From Candidatus Latescibacterota bacterium (lineage in GTDB: Bacteria > Latescibacterota > UBA2968 > UBA8231): a stretch of 64,000 nt of DNA. A program made the translations under genes and the position numbers. This document shows, one piece after another, positions 29,785-38,242 of the stretch (position 1 is its first letter; each line of letters opens with the position of its first letter). The notes beneath the pieces were generated by a model. It had not been told where the DNA came from and searched no databases. It saw nothing but the letters and a program-made list of their open reading frames with translations. The stretch covers positions 384,001 through 448,000 of the forward strand of contig OY730476.1 in the NCBI GenBank assembly GCA_963422735.1, written 5' to 3'.

Positions 29785-31239
29785 TTAGACAATGCTGGCA
29801 CGCAGCCACGACCGATAGGCGAGCATGTAGGTGAGCACGGCAAAAAAAGAGAGACCGATTACATTGACGACGGCGTGTTGCAGCAAGGTTGTCGCCGACA
29901 GGTCTTCGGTGAAAACCGGCAGGGTGTCGGGGTCGATTTTCTGCCGCGACAGCCCTTGGGCGACGAGGTGGATGTGCAGGCTGTTGGGGTCGTCTCGGTC
30001 TCGGTTGAGCAGGGTCTGCTCAAACTGCTGGACAAAGGTGCGCGCCTGCTCGACAAAGCTTTTGTGGCGCGCCAGCCCGGTGCCGGCGAGCGCCTCCATG
30101 CCATACTGAAAACAGCCCATGGGCGACAGGCGCACGATGTGGCGGGCGTTTTCGATCTCGCCGAGACTGTGAGCCAAAAAGCGGTCTTCGCGGTCTTGGT
30201 GAAATTGGCGCACAGCGCGTTGGGCGTCGGCCAACTGACGAATCTTCTCGGGGTTTTTCAGATCGCGGTGCTGTAAACGGAAAGCGAGGTCATGAAGTTT
30301 ATCGTGGGCTGGCGTGTTATTATTTGCAAAGCCCCATCCCAGCACTAGCTCCTCCTCGAATTCGCTGACCAACACGCGGGCGGCCAGGGCGCCGCCGGTG
30401 GCCGGCCAGAGCAACACCCCGCAGGTCCACATCAACAGAACGCCTACTAAACTTGAGCGTGTCGTGCTGCTCCATATCGACACCCACAGCCCCAACGCGA
30501 TAAAGCAGGCCAGATACAAAAGCGATAAGCCGACCATACCGATGATGCGCCCGGCCTCGACGAGATCCAAGTTCACCTTAGACAGCGCGAGGACGATGAG
30601 CAAGTTGACGACGACGGCGAGGCTCAGCACGAGGGCGAGAGTCAGCATCGCGCTGAGGAATTTGCCCAACAGCAGGGTGTGGCGCGGCAGGCTCTGCGCC
30701 ATGACCAGCTTGAGGGTGCCGCGCTCTTTTTCGCCGATGAAGGCGTCAAAGGTAAATAATAAGGCCATGAGGCTGAGCAGGCCGCCGATGATAAAGACCC
30801 AGTCGATGGCTTGGGTCTTCAGCAGTTGGCTGGCCTTCGGTGCCCAGATGTTGATGATGTCCCAATAGATGAGTACAAAGGGATGATAGACTTTGATGCC
30901 GTTGGAAGTGTGTTGGTACCCGCCCGTTGTCCTAAGGCGCTCGGGCAGGGCGTCGTCGGCACCAGTGGCACAAAACATGAGGGGGCTGGGTTTTTTATAG
31001 ATATAGTGCTGCCCCGACTGAAGGATCAGCTTCCACAGGCCCTGTTGGGCGTTGCGGTGCCCCACTTCTTGCTCAGTTTGGACTTGCTCGAGATAGTGGT
31101 TGCGTCTGAACTCGTAGGATCCGCCGACAAAGCTGAGGGCGTTGAGCACCATCAGCCCGACCGTCAGCACGAGGGCCAAGCCAAAGCGCAGGCTGAGGAG
31201 GTGGTCTATCAGTTCGCGTTTTACAATAGCGGCTAACAT
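29785..31239 (-). CDS. ABC-2 family permease type B (copy 4)
   Basis: Start MLAAIVKREL; close paralogue of 17805-19256. Confidence 0.88.
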   Translation of the reverse strand: MLAAIVKRELIDHLLSLRFGLALVLTVGLMVLNALSFVGGSYEFRRNHYLEQVQTEQEVGHRNAQQGLWKLILQSGQHYIYKKPSPLMFCATGADDALPERLRTTGGYQHTSNGIKVYHPFVLIYWDIINIWAPKASQLLKTQAIDWVFIIGGLLSLMALLFTFDAFIGEKERGTLKLVMAQSLPRHTLLLGKFLSAMLTLALVLSLAVVVNLLIVLALSKVNLDLVEAGRIIGMVGLSLLYLACFIALGLWVSIWSSTTRSSLVGVLLMWTCGVLLWPATGGALAARVLVSEFEEELVLGWGFANNNTPAHDKLHDLAFRLQHRDLKNPEKIRQLADAQRAVRQFHQDREDRFLAHSLGEIENARHIVRLSPMGCFQYGMEALAGTGLARHKSFVEQARTFVQQFEQTLLNRDRDDPNSLHIHLVAQGLSRQKIDPDTLPVFTEDLSATTLLQHAVVNVIGLSFFAVLTYMLAYRSWLRASIV

Positions 31240-31270
31240 GAGAAGGCATCTTTCTCCGAAAGGGGTTTCC

Positions 31271-32851
31271 TCACATGGCGTCGTAGCGCGCAAAGAGCCG
31301 GTTGGCGAGGACAAAGAGAATAGCTGCATAGAGCAATAGGGCCGTTAGAGCTGGCAAGGCGTAGCCCAAGCTCTCGGCGACGGTCCAGCCGCGCTCGTGA
31401 AACCGCGGTAGGTCGCGCAGGTCGGCACGCCAGCCGGGATCGTCGTTGAACCACTCGCGGGAGCCAAAGGCATCGCGGTCTTCCAAAAAGGCGATGATCT
31501 GCCCGCGATAGGCGCGCACTTGGTCGATGAAGTCGTCGTATTCGCGTCGGCTGGTGCCGGCGAGGATGCTGGCGGCTTGGGCGTAAGCCCCGGCGGGCAG
31601 GAGGCGTTGGAGTTGGTCGTTGAGGCGTCGGATGCGGTGGGGGAATCCTTCGAGCAGTGGGGCCTTCTCGTTCCAAGCGCGCTGAGCGTATCTCAGGCGC
31701 AACCGCTCACCAGCGCGGACGATGTCTTGGAACTTAGCCAGCGCGGGCGAAGCGACGACATTAGACAAATAGAGGAGAGGCGTCTGTCCGTCTCTTTTAG
31801 AGTAGGTTCCAGTTCCGTCATTGTGGACTCCAGTCCCTCGATTGGGCTGTGGTTCCCCCAGCTTGACCATATCTGTGGGGTAATACATAGTCTGGCCGTG
31901 CGCCCGCGCGAGGTTAGTGACCTCTTGATCGAACTCCTGCCACACCTGCGCGGCCTTGTGGTGGGCTTGGGCGTGCTTTTCGCCCATGTTGGCCTGCTCA
32001 TTGAGCCAGGCCGAGATGCTATTGGGCAGCACAATCGCCAGCAACGCCCACGTAAACAGCGCGTAAATCAAGCTGGTCGCCGAACGGTGCGTGGCGCATG
32101 AGATCGCCAGCCCAATCAGGTAGAATACCAGCAGATATAGCAGCGACAGTGCCAACAGCAGCCCCACCCGCGCCCACTCGCCGATCCCGATCTCGATATG
32201 CTCGGTACCCAATAGCAAGATCGTCAGCAGGATAAAGCCCAAGGCCGTTGGAATGGCCAGCGTGGTCAGGCCGGCGAGGATCTTGCCGGCGAGGACTTGG
32301 GCACGGCTGACGTTGGTCGTCAGTATCAGCCGCAGCGTGCCATCCTCCTTCTCGCCGGAGATGGTTTCACTGGCGATGAGGATGGCCAGCAAACCGAGCA
32401 CGAGTTGGAAGATGAACACCATGTCGAAGAAGCTAAAGAGGGCGAGGTAGGGATTGCTCGACTGGAAGGGCGAGACCTCCTCGGCTTGGTAGGGCACCTC
32501 AAAGAGTACCACCCTGACGGCTTGCCCCGACTGTCGTTCATCGCCTTGGGCGAATACCTCTAAGGGGCGTGGAGCCCGTAGAGCACGCGCCGCCACCTTT
32601 ACCTTTGGATCGAAACCACCGTCAGGCATGACCGAACGGTCGCTGCCTAGGACCGCATAATAGGTGATCTCGTGGAGCTTGCTCTCCTCAATGGTTCGTT
32701 GTGTGAGATAGCGGTTCTTTTTATAGACATAGCGCTGGCTGGAGAGTACGCCATTGGCAATGATCAGCACGACGGCGAGTATGGTGCAAGCGGCGAAGCG
32801 CTGGCTGAGCAGATGGCTGAGCATCTCTTTTTTGAATACAATGCCTATCAT
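31271..32851 (-). CDS. ABC-2 family permease type A (copy 4)
   Basis: Start MIGIVFKKEM after AGGAG. Confidence 0.88.
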   Translation of the reverse strand: MIGIVFKKEMLSHLLSQRFAACTILAVVLIIANGVLSSQRYVYKKNRYLTQRTIEESKLHEITYYAVLGSDRSVMPDGGFDPKVKVAARALRAPRPLEVFAQGDERQSGQAVRVVLFEVPYQAEEVSPFQSSNPYLALFSFFDMVFIFQLVLGLLAILIASETISGEKEDGTLRLILTTNVSRAQVLAGKILAGLTTLAIPTALGFILLTILLLGTEHIEIGIGEWARVGLLLALSLLYLLVFYLIGLAISCATHRSATSLIYALFTWALLAIVLPNSISAWLNEQANMGEKHAQAHHKAAQVWQEFDQEVTNLARAHGQTMYYPTDMVKLGEPQPNRGTGVHNDGTGTYSKRDGQTPLLYLSNVVASPALAKFQDIVRAGERLRLRYAQRAWNEKAPLLEGFPHRIRRLNDQLQRLLPAGAYAQAASILAGTSRREYDDFIDQVRAYRGQIIAFLEDRDAFGSREWFNDDPGWRADLRDLPRFHERGWTVAESLGYALPALTALLLYAAILFVLANRLFARYDAM

Positions 32852-32907
32852 GGCGCGGCTCCTACGGGTAAGAATCTGTTGAGTTAAGGAAGTTCTGATC
32901 AAATTGG

Positions 32908-33912
32908 TCAAGCGGCCATCGCCTTAAGGACCGCTTGGCTCTGCATTTCCATACCGAGTTGCTTAAACAGGCGCAACGCCGCCACCCACTCTGCCAACGC
33001 CCGCTGCTTGTCGCCATCCTGTTGCGCGTACAGATTGCCCAAGGACACGTAGTTGAAAGCCTGCCTCCTCGCGTTACCCAACTGTCGGCACAGGTCCATA
33101 CAAGCCTCTATATGCCGTTGCGCCCTCGCTAGGTCGCCGGCTGTCATGTAGAGGTCTGCTAGCAGCGTCGCCATGCTGTAGTGACCGCGGGCATGCCCCT
33201 GCGCCACGTAGATGCTCAAGGCTTGGTTGCCACTGCTCAAGGCGCGTTCTGTATGGCCTAAGTCGCGGCTGACCGAAGCGATGGAGCCGAGTTGTAAGGC
33301 CACTTCGAGCGGCGTCCCTTGCTGCCGGGCTGCCGCGAGGCCCGCCGTGAAATGTTGTAGGGCCTGCTCGGGGTCGCCGCGGCGCAGGGCCAGTTGTCCC
33401 AAGCTGTTGAGCAGGTTGCTCGGCACGTCGTTGTCATAGAGGGCGTGGCTGCGATGGAGCCACTGTTGAGCTTTTTCCAAGTCGTTCTGCTGCATGTAGA
33501 GGTTGCCCATATTGTTGGCCATCTTGGCTGCGAGGGCGGCGTCCCCTCCTTCTTGGGCGTGCTGGATGGCCTTATGGTAGTACGCGGTGGCTTCGGCGAA
33601 GTGGGCTTGGCTTTGTTTGATAAAGCCCACATTGCCTTCGACCTCGGCTACATCGCACCGGGAGCGGCTAGGCGAGCAGGCGGCCAATGCCTCTTGGAAG
33701 TACTGGAGCGATTCGTCGAGGTCGCCGGCGATCTCGTAGTGGTGGCCGAGCTGGGTGCAAGTCGCAAAAAGCCCCTTTTGGCATTCCTCGGCGCGAAAGA
33801 GCCGACGCGCTGTTTGGTAGTGGGTGGCCGCTTGCTCGTGCTGCCCCTTCTTGCGGCAGGTATGGCCCGCTTTGAGATGTGTCCACGCCTCGGTTGTTTT
33901 GGGCGAATTCAT
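32908..33912 (-). CDS. Tetratricopeptide-repeat protein (intact)
   Basis: Repeated LG..Y...G...A...Y..AL helical pattern; no signal peptide. Confidence 0.85.
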   Translation of the reverse strand: MNSPKTTEAWTHLKAGHTCRKKGQHEQAATHYQTARRLFRAEECQKGLFATCTQLGHHYEIAGDLDESLQYFQEALAACSPSRSRCDVAEVEGNVGFIKQSQAHFAEATAYYHKAIQHAQEGGDAALAAKMANNMGNLYMQQNDLEKAQQWLHRSHALYDNDVPSNLLNSLGQLALRRGDPEQALQHFTAGLAAARQQGTPLEVALQLGSIASVSRDLGHTERALSSGNQALSIYVAQGHARGHYSMATLLADLYMTAGDLARAQRHIEACMDLCRQLGNARRQAFNYVSLGNLYAQQDGDKQRALAEWVAALRLFKQLGMEMQSQAVLKAMAA

Positions 33913-33924
33913 GGTAGCCTCCTG

Positions 33925-34034
33925 TTATCGCGTCAGGGCCAACACGGGTATGAGCACCTGCTCCGCGCCGATTTGGACCTCTACCCCGCAGTTTAGAGTA
34001 CGGCGATTAGGGCTTTTAGCGTTAGCTTGTTCAT
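33925..34034 (-). pseudogene. Collapsed DUF1573-like gene (only 5' and 3' ends remain)
   Basis: MNKLTLKALIAVL joined out of frame to LNCGVEVQIGAEQVLIPVLALTR*, the two ends of 21906-22844. Confidence 0.88.
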
Positions 34035-34072
34035 GCTCTTGCTCCTTCGTTTGTTGTGTGGAAAGGGCTAGA

Positions 34073-34939
34073 TTACATGGTAGCTAATAAAAAAGACTGC
34101 CGTACACCACGGCTGAAAAATGCCTCTACCGGACGCCATATATTGCGCCCTGAATCCCAAGCTAAGCGAAAAAAGGAAGGAGTACGCCCCGGTATCTCGA
34201 ATGTCGTAAATTCCGCTGGTTCTTCGACGATGAAGAGGACATCTACAAAGAGTATCTTTTCACCTGCCTTTAGGCGTTCTTCTACTTCTGGACGTAGTAA
34301 AAGCTCTAGTGAAGTTATGCCCCGCGGAAGCATGTCTTGGGTCTTGGCATAGTCTTCATAGCTATCGTATCCTTCCTGCATCTCAAACACTTTGAACACG
34401 CTGTCGAAAAAGGATACGTTGCCAAACAGATAGTCGCGTTCCAACTCCTCAAGGACGGCGAACCTGTAAGCAGCTTTGAAAACGTCTAACGGCCTATCGC
34501 CTTCCAGCAAATCAGGCCTTTCGCTCTCGAGATCCACTTTGATGGTCTCTACGATGTCGGGATGGATATTTCCTCCGCGCAGGTAGAAGGCAGCGGCGAT
34601 GCTGTCGTTGCCTGAGATCGAATGAGCAACCAAGAAGTCGTAGAACCAAGAGCGCAGGCTGGCTTCTTGCTCTAGGTCAATGGGAGCACCTAGATCGACG
34701 GGAATCGCCTCTATGGCCTGCTGCAATTCGGCTCCGGCCTCAACCTTTATCATCTCCTGATTGTGTATATAGTCGTAGAAGACCTGGAGGCTGTCGGGGT
34801 GGTATGAAAATCCATTGTATTGGCTTTTAGGAGCGGCAGTGGCTGCGCTGGAGATGTCTTCCTGGGCTATGCCCGCAGATTGGGCAAACCAAGTGGCGAC
34901 TAAGGCGAAATACAAGGTGCGAATAGCTGAAAGTTTCAT
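34073..34939 (-). CDS. Secreted protein family X paralogue
   Basis: Start MKLSAIRTLY after AAAGGAG; shared motifs. Confidence 0.85.
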   Translation of the reverse strand: MKLSAIRTLYFALVATWFAQSAGIAQEDISSAATAAPKSQYNGFSYHPDSLQVFYDYIHNQEMIKVEAGAELQQAIEAIPVDLGAPIDLEQEASLRSWFYDFLVAHSISGNDSIAAAFYLRGGNIHPDIVETIKVDLESERPDLLEGDRPLDVFKAAYRFAVLEELERDYLFGNVSFFDSVFKVFEMQEGYDSYEDYAKTQDMLPRGITSLELLLRPEVEERLKAGEKILFVDVLFIVEEPAEFTTFEIPGRTPSFFRLAWDSGRNIWRPVEAFFSRGVRQSFLLATM

Positions 34940-34971
34940 TTTGTTTTCTCCTTTTAATATGTAGTTATCTT

Positions 34972-35003
34972 GGCGGCAAGTAGTCGGTTGACCACTTGCC
35001 GCC
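34972..35003 (-). terminator. Hairpin downstream of precursor 4
   Basis: GGCGGCAAGT...ACTTGCCGCC stem. Confidence 0.6.
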
Positions 35004-35043
35004 TGTATAGATTGCTTCAACGTTTGGTGTGAGTTCTTGCCGT

Positions 35044-35268
35044 TTACCCGGCAGGGTGGTCCTCGGCTTCGCATACCGCCCTATTGTCAGCGTCGCAGTA
35101 GCATCTGGTTTTGTCGCCAAACACGGGACCACAGCAATCTTTGATGCGGAAAGGCCACTTTCCTCTTGTGCAACATTTGCTACAGGTGGCGGCTAGCACC
35201 TCTTGGGGCACAAGGCTGGCCACTAGGCCCATGAGGGCAATCATCGTTAAGATGATGCGCTTTTTCAT
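35044..35268 (-). CDS. Cys-rich secreted precursor peptide 4 (74 aa)
   Basis: MKKRIILTMIALMGLVASLVPQEVLA-ATCSKCCTRGKWPFRIKDCCGPVFGDKTRCYCDADNRAVCEAEDHPAG; 8 Cys. Confidence 0.9.
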   Translation of the reverse strand: MKKRIILTMIALMGLVASLVPQEVLAATCSKCCTRGKWPFRIKDCCGPVFGDKTRCYCDADNRAVCEAEDHPAG

Positions 35269-35416
35269 AATGCAATCCTTTACGAAGGATGGGTTGTGTC
35301 CGCTCAGAGGCGATCTCAGAGTGGAGGTGCTGGCTTATACCAGATCGAGACCTGTTTCGACCTGTACGACAAGTATTACCTCCCTTCTATCTTCTTTGGT
35401 CTCTGAGCAGATATAA

Positions 35417-35431
35417 GCAATACTCGTGCCA
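35417..35431 (-). promoter_or_regulatory. Sigma-54 -24/-12 promoter
   Basis: TGGCAC-GAGTA-TTGC(T). Confidence 0.88.
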
Positions 35432-35575
35432 GTTATTGGCTAGCGGCAACAATCGCGCCAATTGAGTCGATTTTACAATTCATAAATATATTATAAACAA
35501 TATGTTATAAGAAATGAGATAAATTTTCTCTTCCTTTTTTTAAGCCCTTTGCTACGCCTCTTAACGATCTAAAAA

Positions 35576-35613
35576 TGCGACAATATATCGCATAAGTGCG
35601 TCAAAACATCGCA
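35576..35613. promoter_or_regulatory. Tandem UAS boxes
   Basis: TGCGACAATATATCGCA and TGCGTCAAAACATCGCA. Confidence 0.8.
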
Positions 35614-35944
35614 CGGGTAGTTGGTGAGGAATAGGTGGTGGATTCTTGCGAGAGATGCAGCCAGGGGCGAGGAGTCGCAGACAAGAATTTCTGCGCTGCG
35701 TTTTGGCGTTGGAGGATGATGCGGGTTGACGGGTAGGAAAATGGGCAGCCCGCTATGCTTAGGATCAGGGACAGGTCGCTCAGAAACGGACTCGTCAAGT
35801 TGTCCATTGCTGAGTGCAGCGACTAAGCAGTTGTAGAGCCAGTCGCGCGGCCCCTCCTCTTGCTTGAGGTCAATAACAGTACCCGAATCAATGGGGTACT
35901 ACCTCTACGACTTGATGCAATCGGGTACCGGACTCTGCCTTTGA

Positions 35945-36366
35945 TTAGCCGGCTGCCGTTACGTAGGCTCTGCTTGTCGAGCACGGCGCAGTGAGGCGGT
36001 GCCAAGCCACGATAAATTGCTCAGAAAACGTCATGCTGCTGATTCTGGCGGGAGCGTCGAGGACGCGCTCGCTGACCAAGGCTTGGGGGTCAGCCTCTAA
36101 GCGGCGTATTGCCGCGCTTAGAGCTTCCACCGTAGGAGCAAAACGGTGGTGGGGCGGGATAGCCGGATAAGCAGGGAGGGCTGTAGCTGGCGCAATGTAC
36201 GCGCTACAACGAGGGGGCGGATTGTGTGTGCCAAACTATAGCCGTGAAAGAACACCAAAAGACGATGCCCGTCGCGCTGGAGGGCTGTCTCTATCTCCAT
36301 TTTTTTTAGACGGGCGTTCCAAGCGGCGAACCAATTCCAAAACTTCTTGTTGAGTCGGTCCAACAT
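35945..36366 (-). pseudogene. Collapsed glycosylation operon: GT-transglutaminase 5' end joined to GT4-like 3' end
   Basis: MLDRLNKKFWNWF...FFHGYSLAHTIRPLVVARTLRQ|LQPSLLI, then EALSAAIRRLEADPQAL... (same as 25566-25720). Confidence 0.85.
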
Positions 36367-36410
36367 AGCGACCTGCTTTCGCAAGGGGTGGCTTTTGTGG
36401 AGATAGTTAG

Positions 36411-36425
36411 GCAATCGGCGTACCA
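36411..36425 (-). promoter_or_regulatory. Sigma-54 -24/-12 promoter
   Basis: TGGTAC-GCCGA-TTGC. Confidence 0.78.
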
Positions 36426-36536
36426 ATAGAGCAGAAACTTCCTATTAATGCTCTTTAAGTAGCATTTAAACAATATCTTAGGAAAATATTCAGCAAATGC
36501 CCAGCCGCGTATTCGCCCTTTTTTATAGCCGATAAG

Positions 36537-36575
36537 TGCGCTAAAAACATCGCATGGCTGCGATATACCATCGCA
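36537..36575. promoter_or_regulatory. Tandem UAS boxes
   Basis: TGCGCTAAAAACATCGCA (18 bp) and TGCGATATACCATCGCA. Confidence 0.72.
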
Positions 36576-36731
36576 CTTTGGCGTTGCGTCGTAGGTCCTG
36601 CTCACTATAAGGGTGCCGTCGCCTGCTGGGCAGTGTCTGACGACGTTGGGTGATGCGGAAGGAGGGGAGGCTTCTAAGAAGCGGTCTTAAGACTTGCATC
36701 AGTTGCTGACGGGGAAATGGAGAATCAATCC

Positions 36732-36793
36732 GTCATTCCCGCGAAAGCAGGCTTCACTGCGCCTTTAGGCGTGACGTTCCTGTCTTGAATGAC
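36732..36793. repeat. REP-like palindromic element remnant
   Basis: GTCATTCCCGCGAAAGCAGG...GAATGAC with terminal inverted repeat GTCATTC/GAATGAC. Confidence 0.45.
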
Positions 36794-36833
36794 CTAAAAT
36801 TGCTGGTCGGAAGGCCGGTTTGCAAGGTACAAT

Positions 36834-38240
36834 TCAGGGTCGGCTGCCGTATTGGCTCACATCTATGTCGAACTGCTTGATCTTGCGCTGTAAATTGCGC
36901 CGCCCCAACTGGATCTGCTGAGCGGCGTGGCTGATGTTGCCGCCCGTTTTCTCTAGAGCGTCTCGGATAAACTGCTCCTCAAAGTGCTGGCGCGCCTCGT
37001 GGAAGAGCGAGTCGGGCCGACCTACTGCTTCCTCTTCTGCTGCTGCTGGCTCATCCTGAAGGGGAGCGTCCTCTACGATCGTCGTCGGCAGGTCCTCGAC
37101 CTCGATTTCCCGTCCCTTGGAGAGGGCTATGGCACGCATGATCGCGTTCTCCATTTCGCGCACATTGCCCGGCCAGTCGTAGGCTTCGAGATACTCTAGG
37201 GCCTCCTTGCTGACCCCTTGTATCTGTTTGTTGAAGCGGTCGTTTAGGTGGTCGATAAAGAAGTGACAGAACAAGGGAATGTCGGTCTTGCGCTGGCGCA
37301 GCGGCGGCACTTCGATGGTGACCGCGTTGAGGCGGTAGAACAAATCCTCGCGGAACTGGCCCGCGGCCACGGCCTGCGTCAAATTGCGGTTGGTCGCGGA
37401 CAGGACGCGCACATCCGCCTTGCGGGTTTTGGTCGATCCCACCACCTCGAACTCCCCTTCCTGCAACACGCGCAACAGCCGGGTTTGTAGCCCCACCTCC
37501 ATGTCGCCGATTTCGTCGAGGAACAGGGTGCCGCCATCGGCCTCCATAAAACGCCCTTTGCGGTCGCGCACTGCGCCAGTGAAAGCGCCTTTTACGTGCC
37601 CGAACAATTCGCTCTCTAGTACGCCTGGGTTCAAGGCCGCGCAATTGCAGCGCACAAAGGGGCCAGTGGCGCGGTCGCTGGAGCGGTGGATGGCCGCGGC
37701 TACGAGCTCCTTGCCGGTGCCGCTCTCGCCGCAGATTAGCACCGGCAGGGGGGTGGCGGCCACGTCTTGGACCAGCCGGTAGATTTGCCGCATCTGCTCG
37801 GTCTCGCCGACCATGCCCAACCCCTCGCCCTGTGCTTGGCGCAAGCGCTCGTTTTCGGCGCGGAGCTTTTGCAACTCGCGGATATTGTTGATGTGGCTGA
37901 GGATTTCTTCGGCATTAAAGGGCTTTGCCAGATACCCATAGGCGCCCAGCTTGACGGTCTCTACCGCGCTTTGGAGATCCGCATACGCCGTTAAGATGAG
38001 CACTTCCTCGGGCCGCTCGCGCACGTTGAGGTGCTGCAGAAGTTCGAGGCCGCTCATCTCGGGCATGTGCAAGTCGAGCAGGATGATGTCAAAGGATTCT
38101 TCTCGCAGGAGCGCGAGGGCCTCGCGCGCGTCCGAGCGGGTTTCCACCGCGAAGCCCTCGCGCCGCAAGATGCTGCTCGACAGCTTCAGCAGATCCTGCT
38201 CGTCGTCGATCATGAGTATTTTGCCGTCGTATCGAGCCAT
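36834..38240 (-). CDS. Sigma-54-dependent response regulator (NtrC/AtoC/ZraR family)
   Basis: Receiver domain (IDDE, LLDLHMP); AAA+ motifs GESGTGKE, ESELFGHVKGAFTGA, WPGNVRE; Fis-type HTH (GGNISHAA). Confidence 0.95.
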   Translation of the reverse strand: MARYDGKILMIDDEQDLLKLSSSILRREGFAVETRSDAREALALLREESFDIILLDLHMPEMSGLELLQHLNVRERPEEVLILTAYADLQSAVETVKLGAYGYLAKPFNAEEILSHINNIRELQKLRAENERLRQAQGEGLGMVGETEQMRQIYRLVQDVAATPLPVLICGESGTGKELVAAAIHRSSDRATGPFVRCNCAALNPGVLESELFGHVKGAFTGAVRDRKGRFMEADGGTLFLDEIGDMEVGLQTRLLRVLQEGEFEVVGSTKTRKADVRVLSATNRNLTQAVAAGQFREDLFYRLNAVTIEVPPLRQRKTDIPLFCHFFIDHLNDRFNKQIQGVSKEALEYLEAYDWPGNVREMENAIMRAIALSKGREIEVEDLPTTIVEDAPLQDEPAAAEEEAVGRPDSLFHEARQHFEEQFIRDALEKTGGNISHAAQQIQLGRRNLQRKIKQFDIDVSQYGSRP

Positions 38241-38242
38241 AT

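Noticed and set aside
3239-35268. Diversity-generating retroelement as the source of hypervariability
   Set aside because: No reverse transcriptase or TR/VR pair visible; variation includes indels and is not adenine-specific
6557-35268. Lanthipeptide, ranthipeptide/sactipeptide or classical glycocin assignment
   Set aside because: No LanB/C/M, radical SAM, YcaO or C39 peptidase genes in the window, and no double-glycine leader; genes beyond the left edge are unseen
17805-36100. Duplicated blocks as assembly artefacts
   Set aside because: Copies differ by many substitutions, have distinct lesions and carry different peptide cores; a strain-chimeric assembly is not fully excluded without long reads
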